Source of the DNA: Acidobacteriota bacterium
GTDB taxonomy: Bacteria; Acidobacteriota; Vicinamibacteria; Fen-336
Assembly (NCBI GenBank): GCA_032127875.1
Contig: JAQBHI010000126.1
Coordinates: forward strand, 1,861 to 65,860
DNA length: 64,000 nt
Reading direction: 5' to 3'
Within the stretch, counting starts at the first letter, position 1, and every line of letters begins with the position of its first letter. The position numbers and the translations under genes are program-made. Below the pieces are notes generated by a model. It saw only the letters and a program-made list of their open reading frames with translations, ran no database searches and had not been told where the DNA came from. Positions 1-7,213 of the stretch are shown here, in pieces.

Positions 1-34
1 GAGGTGCATGCGACATGAGAAGACCATCGGTAAG

Positions 35-118
35 CCGTGTGCCGGAAATCGGCACGCACGGTTTGAAAGGGGGGATCAGGAACCCGGGCTCGCAAGAGCA
101 CCGCGCCTGATCCCTACC
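35..118 (+). promoter_or_regulatory. Structured leader upstream of ORF 120-545. Hairpin 35-61 is followed by TTTG. A long-range stem GGGATCAGG(72-80)/CCTGATCCC(106-114) encloses a GCTC-GCAA-GAGC GNRA hairpin (88-99) and ends 5 nt before the ATG.
   Basis: Inverted repeats read directly from the sequence. The 3' arm of the stem abuts the start codon at 120. Confidence 0.3.
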
Positions 119-119
119 A

Positions 120-545
120 ATGGCCGACCCCTTCACGCCAAAGGACGCAAACGTGGACGTGGCCGCGGTGATGGAAACGATTCGCGAGCGCATCCGACGG
201 CGGGCGGATGCCTTGCCCCTGGAAGAGGCCGTCGCCCGGCGCCTGCGGGCGCTTGCGGACTCCGATCAGCTGGATCCGGACCTGCTCGAACACTTCCTGG
301 CGGGGGACGCGCGCTGGAATCTATCGCCAGACTACAGGATCGTGACGCATCGCCGTGGCCCTGCCGCGAGCCTGGTCGTGGCTGCGAAGCGGCTGGTGCG
401 GCCGTTCGTGCGGCTCTACACCGACCCGATCTTCGAGCGCCAGGCCCAGATCAACCTGTACCTGCTCCACGTCATAGAGACGCTCCTGGAGGAGACCACG
501 CGGCTGCGTCGGGAGCTGTCGAAGCCGAAAGGCCATGAGACCTAG
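120..545 (+). CDS. hypothetical protein (141 aa)
   Basis: ORF with balanced amino-acid composition, not R/P-rich. It is followed by a G7/C7 hairpin plus T5 terminator-like structure. Confidence 0.45.
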   Translation: MADPFTPKDANVDVAAVMETIRERIRRRADALPLEEAVARRLRALADSDQLDPDLLEHFLAGDARWNLSPDYRIVTHRRGPAASLVVAAKRLVRPFVRLYTDPIFERQAQINLYLLHVIETLLEETTRLRRELSKPKGHET

Positions 546-550
546 GCAGC

Positions 551-726
551 GAGCGGCGGATTCACTCCGCCGCGAGCGGCTGGGGGGGAGCGCGAAGCGC
601 GCGGGGGGGTGCGCCGTGCCGTTACCCCCCCGTTTTTCCGACGAGAAGGCGGCGGATTCACTCCGCCGCGCGCGGCTGGGGGGGAGCGCGAAGCGCGCGG
701 GGGGATGCTTGATTCGGTACCCCCCC
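551..726. repeat. Tandem structured intergenic repeat. A ~56-bp unit GCGGCGGATTCACTCCGCCGCG(A/C)GCGGCTGGGGGGGAGCGCGAAGCGCGCGGGGGG occurs twice (553-609 and 649-704), each followed by a G-run / 15-nt loop / C7 stem.
   Basis: Two near-identical copies with one a/c mismatch. Each unit contains an 8-bp hairpin GCGGCGGA-ttcac-TCCGCCGC and a GCGCG-aag-CGCGC hairpin, flanked by G6-7 runs. Confidence 0.6.
603..637 (+). terminator. Putative intrinsic terminator: G7 (603-609), 15-nt loop, C7 (625-631), then TTTTT (633-637).
   Basis: GC stem followed by a T-run downstream of ORF 120-545. Confidence 0.4.
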
Positions 727-1928
727 GAGATTGTCTATTGAGGCTGGCGTTCGTCGTCCAGCGCTACGGCCTCGAGGTGGCAGGCGGCGCGGAACTTCAC
801 TGCCGCTGGCTTGCGGAGCGCCTCGCGCGGACGCACTCGGTGGAGGTCTTCACGACCCAGGCCCTCGACCACGTGGGCTGGACCCACGGCTATCCTGCCG
901 GCGCGGCGAACGTGAACGGCATTCCCGTCCACCGCTTCGCGGTCGCGCGCGCCGCGAGCCCGCGTACGGTCGCCTCGCTCTCGAACCGCGTCTTCAAGCT
1001 ACCCCACACCCGCGAGGACGAGGAGGCCTTCGTGCGGGCGCTGGGGCCCGAGTCGCCCGACCTCGTGGCGGCAGTGGTGGCCGCCCGCGAGCGCTTCGAC
1101 GTGTTCGTGTTCTTCTCGTACCGCTACTACCACAGCTATTACGGCCTACCCGGCGTGCGCGAGAAGGCCGTGCTCGTGCCGACCGCCGAGGAGGACGACG
1201 CCCTCGGCCTCGGCGTCTATGCCGAGCTGTTCCGCATGCCGCGCGCGATCGCGTTCAACACGCCGGAGGAACGGGGGCTGATCGAGGCCGCCGCGGGCGG
1301 CACGAGCCTGCCGGGCCAGGTGGTGGGGTGCGGGCTCTCGCTGCCCGAGGCCCAGATGGCTCCCGAGGCCGACCAGCGCTTCGGCCTCACGCGACCCTTC
1401 CTTCTCTACCTGGGCCGGATCGAGCCGAAGAAGGGCTGCGGGCTGCTCTTCGCCTACTTTCAGACGCTGGCTCGCGACTTGGGCAGCGGACTCGACCTGG
1501 TGCTCGCGGGTCGCGCCACGATGCCCCTGCCGGATCACCCCCGCATCCGCCACCTGGGCTTCGTGACCGAAGAGGAGAAGGTCGGGCTCCTCAAGGGCTG
1601 CGCTGCGCTCGTGATGCCGTCTCCCTACGAGAGTCTCTCGCTCGTGTTGCTGGAGGCCTGGGCGCTCGGCGCTCCGGTGCTGGCGAACGGCCGCTGCCGG
1701 GTACTGCGCGGGCAGTGCCTCCGCTCGGGCGGGGGACTGGCCTACATCGGCTACGAGGAGTTCGCCGCGGCCGCCGGGCTTCTGCTCAAAAGGCCCGATC
1801 TCGGGGCTGCGCTGGGCCGCCAGGGTCGTGCCTACGTCGAACGCGAATATGCCTGGGAGCCCGTCCTCGCCAAGCTCGATTTGGTTTTCGCGGAGGCGCT
1901 CTCCCCCAAGCCGCTCGCGCCCGAGTGA
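705..1928 (+). CDS. glycosyltransferase family 1 (GT4-type, retaining)
   Basis: C-terminal GT1 core motifs (LYLGRIEPKKG...GFVTEEEKVGLL...ESLSLVLLEAWALGAPVLA, an E-x7-E-like motif). Start chosen at ATG 705 (MLDSVPP...); this ATG lies in the loop of a G6/C7 hairpin. Confidence 0.8.
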   Translation: MLDSVPPRDCLLRLAFVVQRYGLEVAGGAELHCRWLAERLARTHSVEVFTTQALDHVGWTHGYPAGAANVNGIPVHRFAVARAASPRTVASLSNRVFKLPHTREDEEAFVRALGPESPDLVAAVVAARERFDVFVFFSYRYYHSYYGLPGVREKAVLVPTAEEDDALGLGVYAELFRMPRAIAFNTPEERGLIEAAAGGTSLPGQVVGCGLSLPEAQMAPEADQRFGLTRPFLLYLGRIEPKKGCGLLFAYFQTLARDLGSGLDLVLAGRATMPLPDHPRIRHLGFVTEEEKVGLLKGCAALVMPSPYESLSLVLLEAWALGAPVLANGRCRVLRGQCLRSGGGLAYIGYEEFAAAAGLLLKRPDLGAALGRQGRAYVEREYAWEPVLAKLDLVFAEALSPKPLAPE

Positions 1929-1949
1929 GTCGGCCGCTCGCCGCGGCTT

Positions 1950-3116
1950 CTAGCTCTTGCCCTTGAGCTCGAGGTCGAGGTGGAGCGTGAGGCGCTCCAG
2001 CTTCTTGTTGCCGACCAGCTTCAGCGTCAGCGCGTCTTCGACGATTTCCTCGCCGTTCTCACCCTCGAACACCAGGTGCAGTCGCAGGCCGGAGGCGCCT
2101 TTCAAGAGTCGGGCCGGAACGTCGACAGTGTTCTTGCGCCGCAGCTCCTGCTTGGAGTCGCGCTCCGAGACGAGCATTTCCCGCAGGCGCCTGTCGGTGC
2201 TCCGCTCGTCCCGGGTCGCCACGGTTGCCGGCTTCGAGGTGCTCGTCATCGCACGCAGCCGCTCCAGTTCGCTCTGGATGTCGATATGCCCCTTGGTCTC
2301 GACCGCGCGCACCCGGTACTTGTCAGTGTCCTCCTCTGCAAACTCCACGTGAACGTCCTCGCCGTGGCTCGCACCCGCCAGGTGCGACAGCGGGTCGCCG
2401 GTAGCGGGCCTGCCCGATGGCTCGGCCGATAGCGGCACGAGCGGCGGCGGCACGCTGGGCGGAGCACTCGAGCCGCGCTGCGGCGCCGGCGCGGTCGACG
2501 CCGCGACGGCCAAGCGAGGCGCATCGACCGCCAGCTTTTTTCGCGTCGACTGGATCGCCAGCCGCGAAACGCCCTTGAGCGTCTCGAAGACGCCGACGCC
2601 GTGCAGGGCCGCGGCCTCGAACCACGGGAAGCGTTTCGGGTTCAGGGCCTCGTTCAGCTTCTCGACCGTGTGAATGTTGCGAATGTCGCGCTTGTTGTAT
2701 TGCAGCACGAGCGGCAGCTGGTCGACGGTCAGGCCCAGCTCGGCCAGGTTGGTCCCGAGGTTCGTGAAGGATTCCAGGTTCGGCTCGAGCGCCGCGATCT
2801 GGCTGTCGGCCACAAACACGACGCCGTCGACACCCCTCAGGACCAGCTTGCGCGTGGCGTTGTAGAAGACCTGGCCGGGCACGGTGTAAAGCTGCAGGCG
2901 CACCTTCATCCCGCCGATCACGCCCACGTCGATTGGCAGCAGGTCGAAGAACAGCGTGCGGTCCGTTTCGGTTTCGAGGCTGATCATCTCACCGCGCGAC
3001 TGAGGCGCCGTCTTCTGATGGATGAACTGCAGGTTGGTGGTCTTACCGCACAGACCCGGGCCGTAATAGACGATCTTGGCCGTCATCTGCATCGTCGTGT
3101 AGTTGAAGAAGACCAC
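1950..3116 (-). CDS. MglA-like Ras-family small GTPase (N-terminal ~195 aa) fused to a ~190-aa C-terminal extension of unknown function
   Basis: N-terminus is closely similar to MglA of Myxococcus xanthus as I recall it (KIVYYGPGLCGKTTNL...TETDRTLFFD...YTVPGQVFY...NKRD), then a Pro/Ser-rich linker and a charged C-terminal domain. Confidence 0.8.
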   Translation of the reverse strand: MVFFNYTTMQMTAKIVYYGPGLCGKTTNLQFIHQKTAPQSRGEMISLETETDRTLFFDLLPIDVGVIGGMKVRLQLYTVPGQVFYNATRKLVLRGVDGVVFVADSQIAALEPNLESFTNLGTNLAELGLTVDQLPLVLQYNKRDIRNIHTVEKLNEALNPKRFPWFEAAALHGVGVFETLKGVSRLAIQSTRKKLAVDAPRLAVAASTAPAPQRGSSAPPSVPPPLVPLSAEPSGRPATGDPLSHLAGASHGEDVHVEFAEEDTDKYRVRAVETKGHIDIQSELERLRAMTSTSKPATVATRDERSTDRRLREMLVSERDSKQELRRKNTVDVPARLLKGASGLRLHLVFEGENGEEIVEDALTLKLVGNKKLERLTLHLDLELKGKS

Positions 3117-3136
3117 GGTGAGCCGAGTTTAGCACG

Positions 3137-3607
3137 CTAGAAACCAATGCCGGCTCCAACGGAGAAGCGCTCGGTCATCGGCAGCAGCGCCTCTTCGGGG
3201 AGCGTGATCTTGCGGTACTCGCCCTTGACCAGCAGCAGCCCGAGGTTCACCTTCACCCCTAGCACGAAGTTGCGGACGATCCCGTTGTCGCTCCGTCCGC
3301 GGTCCGTCTGCCGATAGCCGCCGACCCCGAGGCCGGCGTACGGAACGATGCGTCCGAAGGCGGGCGCCACGAGCGCGCTCCCCACGGCCGACAACTGGCT
3401 CTGCTCCTGGATCTCGCCGAGCACGCGCGCGCCCTCGGCCTCGAAGTGGAGGATCTTGAAGAGGGTCACGCCGAAGGCCCCGCCGGCGCCCCCGGCCCAC
3501 GCGTCCCCTGGCCTGGCGATCGCCAGGAAAGCCGTGACTTCAGCAGCCTGGGCCTGGGAAAACCCGAAGAGGCTGACGCAAGAGAGCACGACGAGGCACC
3601 GCTTCAT
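3137..3607 (-). CDS. small outer-membrane beta-barrel protein (OmpW/OmpA-like 8-strand barrel)
   Basis: Signal peptide (MKRCLVVLSCVSLFGFSQAQA|AEV), alternating amphipathic beta-strand pattern, C-terminal ...GAGIGF with terminal Phe. Confidence 0.6.
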   Translation of the reverse strand: MKRCLVVLSCVSLFGFSQAQAAEVTAFLAIARPGDAWAGGAGGAFGVTLFKILHFEAEGARVLGEIQEQSQLSAVGSALVAPAFGRIVPYAGLGVGGYRQTDRGRSDNGIVRNFVLGVKVNLGLLLVKGEYRKITLPEEALLPMTERFSVGAGIGF

Positions 3608-3662
3608 CTAGATAAGTCTAGAAGATACAACGAGTTGTTTCAAGGCGAACGGGCTGGCCGGG
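3608..3662 (-). promoter_or_regulatory. AT-rich upstream region of the OMP gene. TTGAAA-N17-TAGACT sigma70-like element with a TCTAGA-n4-TCTAGA repeat overlapping the -10 and the start codon.
   Basis: Minus strand reads TTGAAAcaactcgttgtatcttcTAGACTtatctagATG. Local AT-richness in a 70 % GC genome. Confidence 0.3.
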
Positions 3663-3872
3663 CTACTCGACCTTGACGCGCCGGCCCTTGCGGGCTTCAG
3701 GGGCCGGGCGAGCTTCGTTGATGCGCTGGAGTTGCCACTGGCAAAGCAGGATCATGCCCTCGAGCACCTGGCGGCGTAGCTGCCGGGCTTTCCTGCGGTC
3801 GAGGCCCGCCTCCTCGAGGATCTCGGACAGCAGGCAGCACGCCTTCTTCGAGCGACTCTCATCGCGAGCCAT
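3663..3872 (-). CDS. small basic hypothetical protein (69 aa)
   Basis: ATG at 3870-3872 preceded by a strong SD (AAGGAGGaacATG) embedded in the last codons of the upstream ArsA gene, overlapping it by 14 nt. No recognisable domain. Confidence 0.4.
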   Translation of the reverse strand: MARDESRSKKACCLLSEILEEAGLDRRKARQLRRQVLEGMILLCQWQLQRINEARPAPEARKGRRVKVE

Positions 3873-5043
3873 GTTCCTCCTTGGTGCCAAACGCCACGCG
3901 CAGGCGCTGGCCCTCGAAAGCGGCGCCCAGCAGCCGGCGTGAAGCAAGCGTGCGCGGCAACGTGATGTTGCGGCGCTGGTTGTCGACCTGAACCACCAGG
4001 TCCTCGCCCCGGGTCCAGACTTCGATCTTGTCCTTCTCGGCGAAGGCCAGCTTCAGATACAAGGCGTAACCCTTGCCTTCCTTCTTGACCTCGAGCGGCT
4101 TTTCTTCGTAGAAGACCACTGTCGGGTCGTCGTCCCCGAAGACGTCGCGACCGAACTCCTCGAGCAGCTTCAAACCGACCATCTCCCGGTCGAATAGCCG
4201 GGCCGAGAGAAACGGCAACGGATCGAAGGCCTGGCGCGCGTCGGCGAGGTGTCCAGCCTGGATCGAGAACCAGCGGTCGAAGTAGCTCGAGCGAGCCTGT
4301 TCCGGCAGCACGCGGTTTGCGATCACGCAGTCGACGGGGAAGCCGAACAAGCCCAGGTACGTATGCAGGCGTTGCGACTCCTTGATCACCATTCGCTCGG
4401 GGTTGAGCACCAGGCGGATCGAGCTGGTCTTCGGGTCGCGCAGCAACGGTCCCATGCCTTCCATCTGCTGGTAGAGGGCCTTCACGGCGCCGAAGACCTC
4501 GTCCGAGGGCAACGGCATGTCGGTCATCCGCTGCGCCACCGGGCGCACCGAGCGCACCACCGTGCGCTGGATCGGGAAGATGCGCTGAAAATAGAAGTTC
4601 AGCATCTCGGGCACGCCGAGCATGCGCACGGTTTCGCCGGTCGGAGCGCAGTCGACGATGATCACGTCGTAGCTGCCGCTCTCGGCGTGGCGCTTGACGC
4701 GCAACAGGCTGAACAACTCCTCCATACCGGGCAGGATCGCCATCTCCTCGGCGACAGCGTCCTCCACGCCCTTGAAGGTCATGAAGCGCGTCAGCCAGTC
4801 GTGGATCACGCCCCAGTGGCTCGACAGCTCTTGGTTCACGTCGATCTCGAGCGCGTCGAGGTTCTTCGCGATGCGCACCGGCGCGGAGCCGGCCTCGACG
4901 TCGAAGGCGTCCGAGAGGCTGTGGGCCGAGTCCGTGGAGATCACGAGCGTGCGCTTTCCGAGCCGCGCCGAGAGCACCGCAGTGGCCGCGGACAGGCTCG
5001 TCTTGCCGACCCCGCCCTTGCCCGAGTACAACAAGATGCGCAT
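3859..5043 (-). CDS. ArsA/Get3-family ATPase with C-terminal HSP20-like (alpha-crystallin-like) domain
   Basis: Deviant Walker A MRILLYSGKGGVGKTS and ArsA signature DCAPTGETVRML. The C-terminal ~80 aa is ACD-like (GYALYLKLAFAEKDKIEVWTRGEDLVVQV...ITLP...FEGQRLRVAFG). Start fixed at ATG 5041-5043. Confidence 0.85.
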   Translation of the reverse strand: MRILLYSGKGGVGKTSLSAATAVLSARLGKRTLVISTDSAHSLSDAFDVEAGSAPVRIAKNLDALEIDVNQELSSHWGVIHDWLTRFMTFKGVEDAVAEEMAILPGMEELFSLLRVKRHAESGSYDVIIVDCAPTGETVRMLGVPEMLNFYFQRIFPIQRTVVRSVRPVAQRMTDMPLPSDEVFGAVKALYQQMEGMGPLLRDPKTSSIRLVLNPERMVIKESQRLHTYLGLFGFPVDCVIANRVLPEQARSSYFDRWFSIQAGHLADARQAFDPLPFLSARLFDREMVGLKLLEEFGRDVFGDDDPTVVFYEEKPLEVKKEGKGYALYLKLAFAEKDKIEVWTRGEDLVVQVDNQRRNITLPRTLASRRLLGAAFEGQRLRVAFGTKEEHGSR

Positions 5044-5045
5044 CG

Positions 5046-6212
5046 TCAGGAAACCCTGGCCCGTCGGCGCGGGCGGCCAGCGCTGGGTATCTCTCCGAAG
5101 ATCGCCGCGGCGACTTCGGCCAGGCCACGCAGGTCGTGCACGTCGGTCTCCAGCTCGGGAACCAGCACCGGGACCTGGCCGAGATCGACCTCGAGCCGTG
5201 CCAGGCTCTTGCGCTCCGCCCTGGCGACCAGGCGCTGTTCGCCCAACATGGCTACCAGCTTCTCGGTCAGCGACCTGGAGAGGGCAGGCGCCGGCCCACG
5301 GCCCGGCGCCGGAATGGCCTCGTCGGGATCGGGATGGAGGCGGTTCACGACCAGACCCACGAAGGGCATGCTCTTTTCCGCGAGGCGCCGGTGGAAATGC
5401 AGGGCCTCGTCGAGTGTGAGGCGCGCCGGGCTCGCCACCAGGACGAAGCCCGACGCAGGTTCTCGGAGCAGGGCGAAGACACGCGCCGCCCGCTCCTTGA
5501 AGCCATCGTACATGGCTTCGAAGGCGAGAAAGAACTCGGAGAGATCCTGCAGGAATTGGAGGCCGAGGTAGCGGTCCACGAGGCCGAGCACTGCCGCGCC
5601 GGTGCGGGTCGCGACCTTGAGCGTCAGGCGCCCTGCCGCGAAGTACGGCTTCAGGACGAAGCGCAAGATACTGGCGTCCAGGAAGCTCATCATGCGCTCC
5701 GGGGCCTCCAGGAAGTCGAGCGCATGACGCGTCGGCGGCGTGTCGAGGATCACCAGGTCGAAGCGCTCGTCCGCCGACAGCTCCAGCAGCTTCTCCATCG
5801 CCATGTATTCGTGCGTGCCAGCGAGCGCCGCCGACAGCTGTTGGTAGAAGCGGTTTTCCAGGATGCGCCGGCGTGCTTCGTCGCTGCTCGCAAAACGCTC
5901 TACGAGCGCATCGAAGGTGCCCTTCGTGTCGAGCGTCATCGCCCACATCTCGCCTCGGACCTTGAGGCCGAGGCGATGCAGCGGCAGCAGCCGCGGCTTC
6001 TGCGAGAGCTTGGAGAGGCCGAGGCTGGTGGCGAGGCGCCGCGACGGGTCGATGGTGCAGACGAGAACGCGACGGCCGAGCAGGGCCGCCCGGACCGACA
6101 AGGCGGCCGAGGTCGTCGTTTTGCCCACACCCCCCGCCCCGCACACGACGAGAATGCGGCGCTGCTCGAGGGCGGCGCCCAGACGCGCGGCGGCTCGCCG
6201 CTGCGCCCTCAC
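5046..6212 (-). CDS. ArsA/Get3-family ATPase (second paralogue)
   Basis: RILVVCGAGGVGKTT P-loop; DTPPTRHALDFLEAPE signature. GTG start at 6210-6212 overlaps the upstream TGA (GTGA). Confidence 0.8.
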   Translation of the reverse strand: MRAQRRAAARLGAALEQRRILVVCGAGGVGKTTTSAALSVRAALLGRRVLVCTIDPSRRLATSLGLSKLSQKPRLLPLHRLGLKVRGEMWAMTLDTKGTFDALVERFASSDEARRRILENRFYQQLSAALAGTHEYMAMEKLLELSADERFDLVILDTPPTRHALDFLEAPERMMSFLDASILRFVLKPYFAAGRLTLKVATRTGAAVLGLVDRYLGLQFLQDLSEFFLAFEAMYDGFKERAARVFALLREPASGFVLVASPARLTLDEALHFHRRLAEKSMPFVGLVVNRLHPDPDEAIPAPGRGPAPALSRSLTEKLVAMLGEQRLVARAERKSLARLEVDLGQVPVLVPELETDVHDLRGLAEVAAAIFGEIPSAGRPRRRARVS

Positions 6213-7213
6213 GCGGCCTCGAGGCGTTTCACGAGAAGGCGTAGGGCGTCCGGGCCGATCGGGTCCCCGAACAGGTAGGGCAGCGAGACCAGCGGGGCCT
6301 GGATGTCGCGCCGCAGGCGCTTTTCGAAGAACTGCGTCAGCTTGCGCCGGCGGATCTGGCGCCGGGCGGCGGCTAGTGCCGCGCCCAGATCGGCGTCGCG
6401 AGCGAGCCGGCCGCTGGCTCCCTGGGCGCACAGGCGCAACACGTCGGCTTCCTCTTCGTTCGTGAAACGGCGCTCATGGGCTGCATTCAGCACCGTCGCC
6501 GCGCAGCTGATGCCGAGCTCCTGCGTCGCGAGCCGGTAAAACCAGGCGGCCTCGACGGCGGCCATTTCCTCCGGGATCGCGACCACCACCAGCGCCGTTC
6601 GCCGCGCATCGCGCAACAGCGTGAGAATGCGCCGGGCATTCGCGCCGATTGGCCCGACGGGGACGGCCGCGGCCGCGGCCTGGGGCACTCTCAGGAACGA
6701 GAGGCCATGGCCGGTGGCCGGGGCGTCGACGATCACGAGGTCGAAGCGTGGCTTGCGCGACCAGCCTTGCGTCTGCTCCTCGAGCAGCATGATCTTGCCG
6801 AGGACCATCAGCTCCTTGAGGCCCGGCGCGGCCGCGAAGAAGCGGTGATAGATCGGGCTCGCGAGAACGCGCCGCGCCAGCGCTTCGATCTTCACGACAT
6901 GGCCGACGTATTCGTCCATCACGGCCTGGGGCCGGAGGTTGACCGTGAAGAGATTGGGTCGCGCCTGCGTGATCGAGCCGCCGGAATCGCTCGAGCCCAG
7001 GTAGCCTGCCGCCTCGCGGGGCGTATCGATTTCCACCAGCAGGGTGCGCTTGCCCCGCTCGGACGCCGCCAGCGCGAGCGCTGTGCCGGTGACGCTCTTG
7101 CCCACGCCGCCCTTGCCTGAGAGCACGAGCAGGCGCCTCTCGAAGAGCTGGTCGAGGATCACGCGGCTGGAGCCTAACATGCGGCGAATCGAATAGAATT
7201 CCGAGGCTTCCAT
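6209..7213 (-). CDS. ArsA/Get3-family ATPase (third paralogue, short form). True start may be the internal Met (MLGSS...) near 7180.
   Basis: LLVLSGKGGVGKS P-loop; DAPATGHGLSFLRVPQ signature. Confidence 0.8.
   Translation of the reverse strand: MEASEFYSIRRMLGSSRVILDQLFERRLLVLSGKGGVGKSVTGTALALAASERGKRTLLVEIDTPREAAGYLGSSDSGGSITQARPNLFTVNLRPQAVMDEYVGHVVKIEALARRVLASPIYHRFFAAAPGLKELMVLGKIMLLEEQTQGWSRKPRFDLVIVDAPATGHGLSFLRVPQAAAAAVPVGPIGANARRILTLLRDARRTALVVVAIPEEMAAVEAAWFYRLATQELGISCAATVLNAAHERRFTNEEEADVLRLCAQGASGRLARDADLGAALAAARRQIRRRKLTQFFEKRLRRDIQAPLVSLPYLFGDPIGPDALRLLVKRLEAA

Noticed and set aside
3752-6465. Multiple 380-460-aa ORFs on both strands over the ArsA genes (3752-5128, 4249-5571, 5136-6278, 5863-6465)
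   Set aside because: All are R/G/A-rich and overlap the well-supported ArsA frames.
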